Source: Minisyncoccota bacterium
Lineage (GTDB): Bacteria; Patescibacteriota; Minisyncoccia; Phycocordibacterales; Phycocordibacteraceae
Length of the DNA stretch: 64,000 nucleotides
Direction of reading: 5' to 3'
Assembly (NCBI GenBank): GCA_041660025.1
Contig: JBAZXD010000001.1
Coordinates: 236,162-300,161, forward strand
Under the pieces are notes generated by a model, which saw only the letters and a list, made by a program, of their open reading frames with translations, searched no databases and was not told the origin of the DNA. Shown here piece after piece: positions 38,934-48,582 of this stretch; position 1 is the first letter of the stretch, and each line of letters starts with the position of its first letter. Both the position numbers and the translations under genes were made by a program.

Positions 38934-39905
38934 ATGGACAAACCCAAAACAACAGCAAAGGATTTCTTCTTGTGGGCGGGGGCGATGGTGACCTTCTACT
39001 GGAGCGTCATTGCGTTCGTTCTCCTCACGTTCGATTACATCAACTACACGTTCCCGAATGTGCTGAGCTATTACCCGGCCGACCCGTACCAGAGCGGCAT
39101 CAGCTACGAGATGGCGTCGGTCATTGTTCTTCTGCCGATCTATATGCTGCTTATGTGGCTCATCCGTAAGGATGCTTTCGTGGATACATCAAAAAAGGAA
39201 ATATGGGTGCGCCGCTGGGCGATCATCCTCACGCTCTTCGTCGCCGGCATCGCCGTGGCCGCCGACCTCATTACTCTGCTTACCACCTTCCTCAACGGAG
39301 AGGCGCTGACGACCGCATTCCTCCTCAAAGTGCTCATCGTCTTCCTCGTTGCGGTGGGAGTATTCCTGCACTTCATCGCAGATCTGAAGGGCTACTGGGA
39401 CGCGTTCCCGCTCCGGAAACGTGCGGTCTGTAGCGGTGTAGCGGTCCTCGCTCTTGCCACGATAATCGTCGGCTTCTTCATCGTCGGTACGCCGGCGGAG
39501 GCGCGCCTCGCGCGCTTCGACGCAGAGAAGGTGATTGACCTTCAAAACATCCAGTCGCAAGTTGTGTATTACTGGCAGGCGAAGCAGAAGTTGCCGGCGG
39601 CGATTACCGACCTCGAAAACTCTCTCGCATACGGCCCCTTACCAGTCGATGCTCAAACAGGAGAATCGTATGTGTATCAGGCGACCGGAGCACTCTCGTT
39701 CAAGCTCTGTGCAGACTTCAACGCGGCGAGCCGCGCCAATCCAAGCGCTCTTACGGAGACTCGTCCCGTTGAACCGGTTCCGGTTGGTGTCGGCGGCAAG
39801 GACGTCATGATGCAAGTCGACAACTGGCAGCACAGCGCGGGACAGGTCTGCTTCGACCGGACCATCGACCCGAGCTTCTATCCGCCGCTTACCAAGCAAC
39901 CGTAA
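38934..39905 (+). CDS. multi-TM membrane protein with a C-terminal pilin-like extracellular segment (DUF5671-like)
   Basis: AKDFFL..., WVRRWAIILTLF, DLITLLTTFLNGE, RLARFDAEKVIDLQNIQ, LCADF...CFDR. Confidence 0.8.
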   Translation: MDKPKTTAKDFFLWAGAMVTFYWSVIAFVLLTFDYINYTFPNVLSYYPADPYQSGISYEMASVIVLLPIYMLLMWLIRKDAFVDTSKKEIWVRRWAIILTLFVAGIAVAADLITLLTTFLNGEALTTAFLLKVLIVFLVAVGVFLHFIADLKGYWDAFPLRKRAVCSGVAVLALATIIVGFFIVGTPAEARLARFDAEKVIDLQNIQSQVVYYWQAKQKLPAAITDLENSLAYGPLPVDAQTGESYVYQATGALSFKLCADFNAASRANPSALTETRPVEPVPVGVGGKDVMMQVDNWQHSAGQVCFDRTIDPSFYPPLTKQP

Positions 39906-39929
39906 TAACGTTTGGTCTTGTAATTCAGG

Positions 39930-42338
39930 ATGGCGTACGACCATACAGACATCGAGAAAAAGGCCCAGGAGAAATGGGCCTCTCTCGATTTATACAAGTC
40001 TGACCTTTCGGATGAGTCGAAGGAGCCCTACTACCTTCTCGTCGAGTTCCCGTACCCCTCGGGCGACCTGCATATCGGGCATTGGTACGCCTTCGCCGTG
40101 ACCGACATCTACGCGCGGATGCTGCGCGCGCGCGGGAAGAACGTACTGTTCCCGATTGGCTTCGACGCGTTCGGCCTACCGGCCGAGAATGCCGCCATCA
40201 AGCACGGCGTCGACCCGAAGGAGTGGACGTATAAGAACATCGAGCGGATGCGCGAACAGCTCGCCTCGATGGGCCCGTCGTTCGACTGGAGCAAGGAGGT
40301 CCTCACCTGCGACCCGGGCTACTACCAGTGGACGCAGTGGCTCTTTGCCAAGCTCTTCGAGCACGATCTTGCCGAGCATAAGAGTGCAGCGGTGAAGTGG
40401 TGCCCGAAGGACCAGACCGTGCTCGCGAATGAGCAGGTGGTCGACGGCCGTTGCGAGCGTTGCGGCACCGAGGTGGAGGAGAAAAAGCTGACGCAATGGT
40501 TCCTGAAGATCACCGACTACGCCGAACGCCTTCTTGAAGGATTGGAGAAATTGCCGTGGCGCAATGAGATAAAAGACGCTCAGCGCGCGTGGATAGGGAA
40601 GAGCGATGGCGCATATCTCGAATTCCAAATCGTCGGGCGCGAAGAAAAAATAAAAGTGTTCACCACGCGGCCGGACACCGTTTTCGGCGCCACCTATGTC
40701 GTGCTCGCGCCCGAGCACGCGCTTGTTTCATCACTGTTGGACGGCGTTTCAAATAAGAAAGAGATCGAGGAGTATGTGCGTACGACCGCGCAGAAGACCG
40801 AGCGCGAACGGAGCGAGAATAAAGAGAAGACCGGCGTGAAGCTCGAGGGCGTTTCAGCGATAAACCCAGCGACAAAAGAAGAAATCCCAGTCTACGTCGC
40901 CGATTACGTCCTCGCCTCCTACGGCACGGGCGCGGTGATGGCCGTCCCCGCCCACGACGAACGCGATTTTGAATTCGCACAAAAATTCGATTTGCCGATA
41001 CAGGAAGTCGTTTCCGCCGAGGGAATGCAGATCCCCTATACTGGCATCGGCACGCTTACCAATTCGAGTGAGTTTACCGGTAAGAACAGCGAGGAGGCGA
41101 AGTGGGACATCGTGAAGTATGCGGGCGGGGAGAAGGCGACTCAGTACCGCATCCGCGATTGGCTCGTGAGCCGCCAGCGCTATTGGGGATGCCCGATACC
41201 CATCGTCTACGACCCGGAGGGGAAGCCGCACGCGATACCTGCCGAGCATTTGCCCTGGCTCCTGCCGACGGATGTCGACTTCACGCCAACGGGCAAGGCG
41301 CCGCTCGCATCCTCACAAGAATTGCAGGAGCGCGTGGTGCGCATTTTCGGCGAGGGCTGGACGCCGGAATACGATACGCTCGATACCTTCATCGACTCCT
41401 CGTGGTACTTCCTCCGCTATCTCGACCCGAAAGATTCGCACGATTTTTCCGATGTGGCGCTGATGAAGAAGTGGTTGCCGGTCAATCGCTACTCGGGCGG
41501 GAGCGAGCACACGACGATGCACCTCCTCTACGCGCGATTCTTTATGAAGGCGCTCTACGACCTCGCGCTTGTGCCGGTGGAAGAGCCGTTCACTGAGCGC
41601 TTCAACCGCGGGCTCGTTATGGGCCCCGACGGGCAGAAGATGAGCAAGTCGAAGGGGAACGTCGTGAATCCGGACGAATTCGTACAGAAGTACGGCGCGG
41701 ACGCGGTGCGTGTCTTCCTTGCATTTATCGGCCCCTACAACGAGCCGGGGAGCTATCCCTGGAGCCTCGACGGCGTCGCTTCGATGCGTAAGTTCCTTGA
41801 GCGCGTGGCTAGAATGGTCGGAATTGTACAGGGAGCACAAGGGATTCTTCGCACACTAGGGAAAGAAATAAATCATAAACCGATAGATCCATTAATTGCT
41901 GCAACGGTCAAAAAAGTTGCTGAAGATGGCGACCGCTTCAAATTTAATACAGGAGTGGCTGCTCTGATGAGTCTTCTAAATGAGATGGAGATCTCATCTC
42001 AAGTATCACTCTCGAATGTTCGCGACTTTGTCATCATGCTCGCGCCTTTTGCGCCACACCTCGTCGAACACCTCTGGGAACAGCTTGGTGGGGAAGGGAG
42101 TGTTCATCAGCAGTCGTGGCCCATCTTTGACCCGAGTCTACTTATCTCGAGTACTGTGAATGTCACAGTGCAGGTCAATGGCAAGCGTCGCGGTTCGATT
42201 ATTCTTCCGGCAGACGCTCCAGAAGACAGCGCCATCGCAGAAGCTCTCAAAATTCCTGTCGTGACGGCCTCATTCACCGGTAAAGAACCAAAGCGAGTTG
42301 TGTACGTACCAAATAAAATAATTAATCTCGTTGTATAA
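39930..42338 (+). CDS. leuS: leucine--tRNA ligase
   Basis: FPYPSGDLHIGH, FTTRPDT, GTGAVMAVPAHDERD, DWLVSRQRYWG, KMSKSKGN. Confidence 0.98.
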   Translation: MAYDHTDIEKKAQEKWASLDLYKSDLSDESKEPYYLLVEFPYPSGDLHIGHWYAFAVTDIYARMLRARGKNVLFPIGFDAFGLPAENAAIKHGVDPKEWTYKNIERMREQLASMGPSFDWSKEVLTCDPGYYQWTQWLFAKLFEHDLAEHKSAAVKWCPKDQTVLANEQVVDGRCERCGTEVEEKKLTQWFLKITDYAERLLEGLEKLPWRNEIKDAQRAWIGKSDGAYLEFQIVGREEKIKVFTTRPDTVFGATYVVLAPEHALVSSLLDGVSNKKEIEEYVRTTAQKTERERSENKEKTGVKLEGVSAINPATKEEIPVYVADYVLASYGTGAVMAVPAHDERDFEFAQKFDLPIQEVVSAEGMQIPYTGIGTLTNSSEFTGKNSEEAKWDIVKYAGGEKATQYRIRDWLVSRQRYWGCPIPIVYDPEGKPHAIPAEHLPWLLPTDVDFTPTGKAPLASSQELQERVVRIFGEGWTPEYDTLDTFIDSSWYFLRYLDPKDSHDFSDVALMKKWLPVNRYSGGSEHTTMHLLYARFFMKALYDLALVPVEEPFTERFNRGLVMGPDGQKMSKSKGNVVNPDEFVQKYGADAVRVFLAFIGPYNEPGSYPWSLDGVASMRKFLERVARMVGIVQGAQGILRTLGKEINHKPIDPLIAATVKKVAEDGDRFKFNTGVAALMSLLNEMEISSQVSLSNVRDFVIMLAPFAPHLVEHLWEQLGGEGSVHQQSWPIFDPSLLISSTVNVTVQVNGKRRGSIILPADAPEDSAIAEALKIPVVTASFTGKEPKRVVYVPNKIINLVV

Positions 42339-42345
42339 TCACTCC

Positions 42346-42948
42346 ATGAATACAACCCAAAAGGGTTTCGCGAGTGTTGTTTTAATTATCGCTCTAGTCA
42401 TCATCATTGTGGGTTGGTTGGGCTATTTTGAATTAACACAAAAATCGAGTGTTACTACAACCTCTAGCCCAGAAAAAAGTCAGTCAACGAAGGAAGACCA
42501 AGAAATACCCTGGAAAGAGTACGTCAATCTCGACTTTGGCATATCCTTTTCTCATCCAGACAGCTGGCAGTGCAAAACTTATAAGACAAACCTCTTTCAT
42601 CCAGATTGGTATCAAACAATCTGTGATGATGATGGCACATGGTCGGGGGACTCATTGGTAGCCATTTCGGTACCGCACACCACGAACACCCGATCGCTTG
42701 GGGTTAGCACAATTCGCAGCGGGACAATCACGGGGCAAAATTCATCTACAATCACGAAAACCATTTACCATTCTGATAAATTTGAAGATCTGGGCTCGGT
42801 TGCATATATCTTTAGCGGATCTTCGAACATGAAGAGCTATGATATGGGCGCTATGTATGGTGGCCTCGATAAACCATACAGGAGCGCTGAAGAAGCCGAG
42901 GATGTCTTGGATACCATTGCTAAATCTCTCATCATTCGCTCAAATTAA
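42346..42948 (+). CDS. exported protein with a prepilin-like N terminus, AT-rich insert
   Basis: QKGFASVVLIIALVIIIVG; WKEYVNLDFGISFSHPDSW (PsbP/Mog1-like motif). Confidence 0.8.
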   Translation: MNTTQKGFASVVLIIALVIIIVGWLGYFELTQKSSVTTTSSPEKSQSTKEDQEIPWKEYVNLDFGISFSHPDSWQCKTYKTNLFHPDWYQTICDDDGTWSGDSLVAISVPHTTNTRSLGVSTIRSGTITGQNSSTITKTIYHSDKFEDLGSVAYIFSGSSNMKSYDMGAMYGGLDKPYRSAEEAEDVLDTIAKSLIIRSN

Positions 42949-42992
42949 AACCAAAAACGGTATGCATCTGACACCGCCGCCGGCTAGAGCTG

Positions 42993-43094
42993 GCCGAGGC
43001 GCTCAAGATACCGGCTGTCACGGTCGCCATCGACGGGAATGAGCCGAAGCGGGTTATTTATGTGCCGGGCAGAATCCTAAACCTTGTGGTATAA
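42993..43094 (+). pseudogene. stranded duplicate of the leuS 3' end
   Basis: Translates AEALKIPAVTVAIDGNEPKRVIYVPGRILNLVV*, 23/33 identical without gaps to the last 33 residues of LeuS; no start codon. Confidence 0.9.
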
Positions 43095-43141
43095 TCCGCG
43101 CTATTGACTCTTTATAAGGCATTTGCTATAAATTAGACCAC

Positions 43142-44221
43142 ATGAAGAAGGCCAGCAAAACCGTGACGCAAGGGAAGACGAAAACCGCCCCTATTGCCTC
43201 GTTTTCTTTTGATAGTGCGACGCTCGCGAAGCGCCTCTTGGCCGCCGCTCCGGAGCGCGCGCGCGAAGTCCTTATCCGCCGTTTCGGCCTGGGTACGAAC
43301 CCGGAACGTGAGACCCTGGAGGCTATCGGCGACCAGTCCAGCATTACCCGCGAGCGCGTACGCCAGATCGAGGCCGCCGGACTCGACGCCGTACGGGCAA
43401 GCAAAGCTTTTAAAGAGGCGCACACCGCTTTTGAAGAGATCGCGAAGTATATCCACTCGCTCGGCGCCATCGTGCCCGAAGAGACGCTCCTTTCCGCGCT
43501 CGGCAAGGATGAGAAGAGTCGTAATCGGTTCCGCTTCTTCCTTATGGTCAATGCGGCGTTCTTCCGCGAACGTGAGACGAACGATTTCCTCGCCCGCTGG
43601 CACGTAGACCACGCGACGGCGAAGCATATTCACGATGCTCTCACGCGCCTCTACTCCTCGCTTTCCGATACCGACGTGATCCCCGAGGGAGAACTGCTTG
43701 ACCGTTTCCTCGACGAGCTGAAGAGCGTCAATGATGCCTACAAGAACGAGGAAGTGCTGAAGCGCTGGCTCTCGCTCTCTAAGCACATCGGGAGCAATCC
43801 GCTATACGAGTGGGGTCGCACGACGGCGCCCGCCATCCGCGTCAAGGGCGTCCGCGATTACGCGTACCTCGCGGTCAAGCGCCATGGCGCTCCGATGCAT
43901 TTCTCCGATGTCGCCAAGACTATCGGTACGCTCTTCTCGAAGAAGGCGCACATTGCGACAACGCACAACGAGCTCATCAAGGATCCTCGCTTTGTACTCG
44001 TCGGCCGCGGGCTCTACGCGCTTACCGAGTGGGGATATAAGCCGGGCGTCGTGCGCGAGGTTATCCGCGAGACGCTTGAGGCGCAGGGCCCGATGAAGAA
44101 AGAGGAGATCATCAAGCATGTGAAGAAGGCCCGTTTTGTGAAGGACAACACCATCCTGGTGAATCTCAACGATTCCCGCTATTTCAAGCGCCTCAAGGAC
44201 GGTCGTTACGCGGCGGTCTGA
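43142..44221 (+). CDS. sigma-70 region-4 HTH protein with C-terminal winged-helix (RNAP delta/HARE-HTH-like) domains
   Basis: RRFGL...ETLEAIG...ITRERVRQIE; PMHFSDV...THNELIKDPRFVLVGRGLYALTEWG. Confidence 0.85.
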   Translation: MKKASKTVTQGKTKTAPIASFSFDSATLAKRLLAAAPERAREVLIRRFGLGTNPERETLEAIGDQSSITRERVRQIEAAGLDAVRASKAFKEAHTAFEEIAKYIHSLGAIVPEETLLSALGKDEKSRNRFRFFLMVNAAFFRERETNDFLARWHVDHATAKHIHDALTRLYSSLSDTDVIPEGELLDRFLDELKSVNDAYKNEEVLKRWLSLSKHIGSNPLYEWGRTTAPAIRVKGVRDYAYLAVKRHGAPMHFSDVAKTIGTLFSKKAHIATTHNELIKDPRFVLVGRGLYALTEWGYKPGVVREVIRETLEAQGPMKKEEIIKHVKKARFVKDNTILVNLNDSRYFKRLKDGRYAAV

Positions 44222-44228
44222 TATTCAT

Positions 44229-44269
44229 ACACAAACGGCGTCCCGCGCATAGCGGGACGCCGTTTGTGT
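44229..44269 (+). terminator. long hairpin terminator
   Basis: ACACAAACGGCGTCCCGC-GCATA-GCGGGACGCCGTTTGTGT. Confidence 0.75.
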
Positions 44270-44285
44270 TTGCTATACTTCGCGT

Positions 44286-45683
44286 ATGGTCTCGCTCCCG
44301 TATTTGCACGAACTCCACAAGCTGAAAGATACTATCACTGGTCGGTTCGGCATCCGTTTCGACCCGTGGACGCTTCTCGCTCCAGGATTGATACTCATCG
44401 CCCTCGCGTATGTGCTTATGCCGGGTCCGATCTCCTTCGCCTTCTCGATCGCGCTATTCCTGTCTCCCGTGTGGCTACCGTTCCTTATCATAGGTGGAGC
44501 AGTGAAATTATGGTATGTTCTCGGACGCTCGGAGTTCATCGCGAAACAAAAGTACGTCCTCCTCGAAATAAAGCCGCCGCGCAATCTGGTAAAGACGCCG
44601 CTCGCGATGGAGGCCTTCCTCTCAGCTATCCATCTTACGGGCGGCGAGTCGACCTGGTACGCGCGCTTCAAGGGCGGCATCCGGCCCTTCTACTCTCTCG
44701 AAATGGCTTCGTTCGAGGGGCAAGTGCATTTTTTCATATGGGGGCGCGCGAATTTGCGCAGGATCATAGAGGGGCAAATGTACGCGCAATATCCGGGTGT
44801 GCAGGTGGTTGAGGCGCCTGACTATACCCGGCTCATATCCGCGGATCCGGATGAGTGGGGCGTTTGGGGGTGCGATTTTGCGGCGACGGGGAAGAATCCT
44901 CTCCCTATCAAGACTTATATCGAATACGGACTCGATAAAGTACAAAAGGAGCCGGAACAGGTCGACCCGCTCGCAAACCTTGTCGAATTCTTGGGTTCCA
45001 TTGGGAAGGGGGAAAATATCTGGCTCCAATTCGTTATTCGTGCGCATCAGGGCGAACGGTATGGTCCCAGCCCGGGCGGCAAAGAGGGCGTGAGAAAAAA
45101 CGCCGAAGGGAAGACCTACACCTGGAGGGACGAAGGGAAAGAGCTGATCGAAGAGATACGCAAGAAAGCGCGCAATCCGTACATAGATCCGGCGACTGGC
45201 GAGGAACGGCCGGGATTCCCGAACCCGACTAAAGGAGAATCGGAGCTTATGGCCGCCATCGACCGCAATACCACGAAGCTCGCCTATGACGTGGGCGTGC
45301 GCGGCGTCTATATCGCTAGGCCGGAAAAATTCAACGTGGCCGCTATCACGCATATGATAGGTCTCTTCAAGCCGTTCACCAACACCGGCTGGAACGGTAT
45401 CAATTCGATAAAATGGATGAAGCGGTTCGACGATTATCCGTGGGAGATCGGCGTCGAAAAAAGAAAAAAGCATTATCGCGAAAAACTCATCGAGGCGTAT
45501 CGCCGCCGCCAATTCTTTTATGATCCATTTTTCCACGACGGCCTCTTCGGGGACGAAACGATGATATTGAGCACTGAGGAGCTCGCGACCATCTATCACA
45601 TCCCTTCGCAATCCGTCCAGTCGCCGAGCCTCACGCGTATCCAGTCGGCGACCAGCGAGGCTCCCGTCAATCTCCCGACCTAG
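44286..45683 (+). CDS. membrane-anchored protein homologous to the N-terminal domain of the ATPase at 10899
   Basis: Shared motif order: LLEI.P..AME, SLE, PIKTY, DPLA, WLQFVI, LSTEELATIYHIP, AP.NL. Confidence 0.8.
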   Translation: MVSLPYLHELHKLKDTITGRFGIRFDPWTLLAPGLILIALAYVLMPGPISFAFSIALFLSPVWLPFLIIGGAVKLWYVLGRSEFIAKQKYVLLEIKPPRNLVKTPLAMEAFLSAIHLTGGESTWYARFKGGIRPFYSLEMASFEGQVHFFIWGRANLRRIIEGQMYAQYPGVQVVEAPDYTRLISADPDEWGVWGCDFAATGKNPLPIKTYIEYGLDKVQKEPEQVDPLANLVEFLGSIGKGENIWLQFVIRAHQGERYGPSPGGKEGVRKNAEGKTYTWRDEGKELIEEIRKKARNPYIDPATGEERPGFPNPTKGESELMAAIDRNTTKLAYDVGVRGVYIARPEKFNVAAITHMIGLFKPFTNTGWNGINSIKWMKRFDDYPWEIGVEKRKKHYREKLIEAYRRRQFFYDPFFHDGLFGDETMILSTEELATIYHIPSQSVQSPSLTRIQSATSEAPVNLPT

Positions 45684-45688
45684 CGCGT

Positions 45689-46645
45689 ATGAATTTCTTC
45701 ACGTCCCACAAGGAGTGGTGCTACTCGTTTATCATTGCCGTACTTCTTGTTGTGGGATATTCGCTCACACTGGCTCCTCCGTCGGATTTTCCGTCAAGAA
45801 GCATTGCCGTCGTTGCACGTGGCGCGGTCGTGTCTGAGGTCGCGACGGAGCTTGCCGATGCGCGCATCATCGCGCATCCGACGCTCCTGCGTTTCGTCCT
45901 GCGCGTCTCGGGGCAGAGCGCGCGGGTGCAGGCGGGCGCCTACCTTTTCAACACTCCCGAAAATCTGCTCACCGTCGCATGGCGGCTCGCTACGGGCGAC
46001 TTCGGCCTCCCGCCCGTGCGGATCACCTTTCCCGAGGGTGAGACCGCGCGCGAGATGTCAGTACGTGTGAACGATGCGTTCCCCGACATCAGTGCATCCG
46101 ACTTTCTCTCTGCGGCACAACCCTATGAAGGGTATCTCTTCCCTGATACGTATCTCTTCCTCCCGTCGGCGAACGCCGCGTCGATCGTCGCGATTATGCG
46201 AGAAAATTTCAACGAGAAGATACAGCCGTTGTCGGGAGCCATCGCGGAGTCCGGACACTCGCTTTCCGACCTCGTCACTATGGCGTCGCTCATCGAGAAG
46301 GAGGCGCGCTCGACCGCGGCGCGCCGTATGGTCTCCGGCATTCTCTGGAACCGCCTCGCGCGCAATATGCCGCTCCAGGTGGATGCGGTCTTCGGCTACA
46401 TCCACGGCCGCGACACCTACTCGCCTTCGTATGCGGACCTGAAAGTCGATTCTCCCTACAATACCTATACGCACCGGGGACTGCCTCCGGGACCGATCAG
46501 TAATCCCGGGATGGATTCCATTTCCGCCGCGCTTTATCCAACGAAAACCGACTACCTGTATTACCTCACCGGCACCGACGGCCTGATGCACTACGCGACG
46601 ACCTACGCCGGCCACCAGGCGAACCAGCGGAAGTATTTACGATAG
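45689..46645 (+). CDS. mltG: endolytic transglycosylase MltG
   Basis: ITFPEG, EGYLFPDTY, MASLIEKE, NRL...MPLQVD, SPYNTY...GLPPGPISNPG. Confidence 0.96.
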   Translation: MNFFTSHKEWCYSFIIAVLLVVGYSLTLAPPSDFPSRSIAVVARGAVVSEVATELADARIIAHPTLLRFVLRVSGQSARVQAGAYLFNTPENLLTVAWRLATGDFGLPPVRITFPEGETAREMSVRVNDAFPDISASDFLSAAQPYEGYLFPDTYLFLPSANAASIVAIMRENFNEKIQPLSGAIAESGHSLSDLVTMASLIEKEARSTAARRMVSGILWNRLARNMPLQVDAVFGYIHGRDTYSPSYADLKVDSPYNTYTHRGLPPGPISNPGMDSISAALYPTKTDYLYYLTGTDGLMHYATTYAGHQANQRKYLR

Positions 46646-46704
46646 ACAATCGGAGTAAGCGAGCGTATTGTCTGTTTCAGAGTCATCTTAGAGGAGTACC
46701 GTTA

Positions 46705-47142
46705 ATGCAAGAAAATCAGAATGAGAATGTTTTCTACGGGATATATAACTCCGGGAAAATGTCGATAAATCTCGAAAGTGCCGAACCGTTCTTCAAAGCT
46801 CTTAATAGAGTTTTACATATCTACATCGTCCCGTGTTCTGTGATTGAACGCTTTAACCATGGACCTGGATGTGGGCTCGTCGTAGATATGGCGCGATACC
46901 GGATGGAACGGCGTAAATATGTAATGTACATTGCGGAAGATTTGCCACATTCCGAACGGCTCATCACAATAGCCCACGAATTGATTCATCTGATACTGAC
47001 GATGCAGGGGTTTTCGTTTGAGCGCCAATGGCTTGATGAAAAGAGTGAGCCGTGGATAGAGGAAATAGCTAAGCGGTTTTACCAAGCAAACCCTAACTTC
47101 CTGAATTGGGTGTATAGAGATTACGTGAGAATCGCCGGTTGA
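46705..47142 (+). CDS. HExxH putative metallopeptidase (ImmA/IrrE-like), AT-rich
   Basis: ERLITIAHELIHL with a downstream E (WIEEIA); SD GAGGAG; terminator 47142-47170. Confidence 0.65.
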   Translation: MQENQNENVFYGIYNSGKMSINLESAEPFFKALNRVLHIYIVPCSVIERFNHGPGCGLVVDMARYRMERRKYVMYIAEDLPHSERLITIAHELIHLILTMQGFSFERQWLDEKSEPWIEEIAKRFYQANPNFLNWVYRDYVRIAG

Positions 47143-47239
47143 AGAGCGTCCCGCCCATGACGCTCTTTTTATTTCGTACGCATATTCCTTCTGTCCACTG
47201 CGGTGGCTCCCAACTTGTAAGCATGATTAGATAGTAAGC

Positions 47240-48172
47240 ATGAACGTACGCGGGAAGAAGATATTCGTGGGGCTGTCGGGCGGGGTGGACTCGGCCGTCT
47301 CCGCCGCGCTCCTCCAACAGGCGGGAGCGCGGGTGACGGGCGTGTTCATCAAGGGCTGGTACCCACCGGGAATGCCCTGCACCTGGGCGAATGAGCGTCG
47401 CGATGCGATGCGGGTGGCGGCGCGTCTTCATATTCCGTTTCTCACACTCGACGCAAGCGCCGAATACAAAAAGAGCGTCATCGACTACTTGCTCGCAGAG
47501 TATAGTACCGGCAGGACGCCGAATCCGGATGTTATGTGCAACAAGGAGGTGAAGTTTGGCGCATTCTATCGCTTCGCGAAGTCGCACGGAGCGGACGCCA
47601 TCGCCACGGGCCACTATCGTTCTGGAGAAAAGGATCAGAGCTACTTCCTCTGGGCGGTGCCGAAGGATATTCTGCAGGCGGCGTTGTTTCCGGTAGGGAA
47701 GATGGACAAACGCGACGTGCGCTCGCTCGCGAAGCAGTTCAACCTTCCGGTCTCCGAAAAGAAGGATAGTCAAGGCATCTGCTTCCTCGGTACGGTCTCG
47801 GTCAAAGAATTTTTAGAAAATGAATTCGGAAGCAATAATCCGGCGCTCCTCTATACGCTGGGGCAGAGGACTTCGCTTCCAAACGGCCCGTGGTACGTAG
47901 TTGGGAAGGATGTCGAGAAAAAAGAAATTATGGTTTCAAAGACGCGAACATCCGGCGCGCAGGCAATTCCCTTTACTGATGCGAATTGGCAGAGCGAACC
48001 GGCGGGCGAGCTCGAAGCGCAGTACCGCTATCGGGGTCCGCGCGTCGCGGGACGCATCGAGGGCAACCGGTTCGTGAGCAGGGAGCCGCTCCCTGAGGTT
48101 CCCGCGCCGGGACAGTCGGTCGTCTTGTATCGGGATGACGAATTGGTCGGTGGTGGTAGTATTACAGGATGA
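47240..48172 (+). CDS. mnmA: tRNA 2-thiouridylase MnmA (compact)
   Basis: SGGVDS, GRTPNPDVMCNKEVKF, ATGHY, KDQSYFL, KKDSQGICF, APGQSVVLY. Confidence 0.95.
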   Translation: MNVRGKKIFVGLSGGVDSAVSAALLQQAGARVTGVFIKGWYPPGMPCTWANERRDAMRVAARLHIPFLTLDASAEYKKSVIDYLLAEYSTGRTPNPDVMCNKEVKFGAFYRFAKSHGADAIATGHYRSGEKDQSYFLWAVPKDILQAALFPVGKMDKRDVRSLAKQFNLPVSEKKDSQGICFLGTVSVKEFLENEFGSNNPALLYTLGQRTSLPNGPWYVVGKDVEKKEIMVSKTRTSGAQAIPFTDANWQSEPAGELEAQYRYRGPRVAGRIEGNRFVSREPLPEVPAPGQSVVLYRDDELVGGGSITG

Positions 48173-48582
48173 AACACTCGCGTCTGTGGCTTTCGGCGAC
48201 CATCATCGCTCTCGTCGTAATCGGCGGCTTCATCCTCTCCGTGCCGCACACCGAGAAGGATGATGGCGCGTTTCTGTCGAAGAGCGCCGAAGCGAATATA
48301 CCGCTCGTCACTCTGCGGGACTCCTTCAAAAAGGGCGTGCATACCATCACCGGGTCGCTCGAAGCGCCGAATGCCTGCACAAGCGTGTCCGCAGAAGCAG
48401 TGTACGCCACTGATTCGCCGGAAACAGGCGACATCCTCGTCTTACTGTCGCTTCTTGCGGACCCGGGCATCTGCCTGCAGCTACCGACGCGGATCAGCTT
48501 CACTGCGACGGTAAGCGCGCCGGCGAACCTTCCGATCAGGGTGCTGGTCGACGGGGCGGCGGCGACCACGACGGCGCTATGA
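48169..48582 (+). CDS. membrane-anchored hypothetical protein with a Cys pair
   Basis: N-terminal TM; PNAC...ICLQ. Confidence 0.75.
   Translation: MKHSRLWLSATIIALVVIGGFILSVPHTEKDDGAFLSKSAEANIPLVTLRDSFKKGVHTITGSLEAPNACTSVSAEAVYATDSPETGDILVLLSLLADPGICLQLPTRISFTATVSAPANLPIRVLVDGAAATTTAL

Noticed and set aside
42839-43042. 67-aa ORF after the leuS insert
   Set aside because: Out-of-frame read across the inserted gene and the leuS remnant; the remnant frame explains the sequence.
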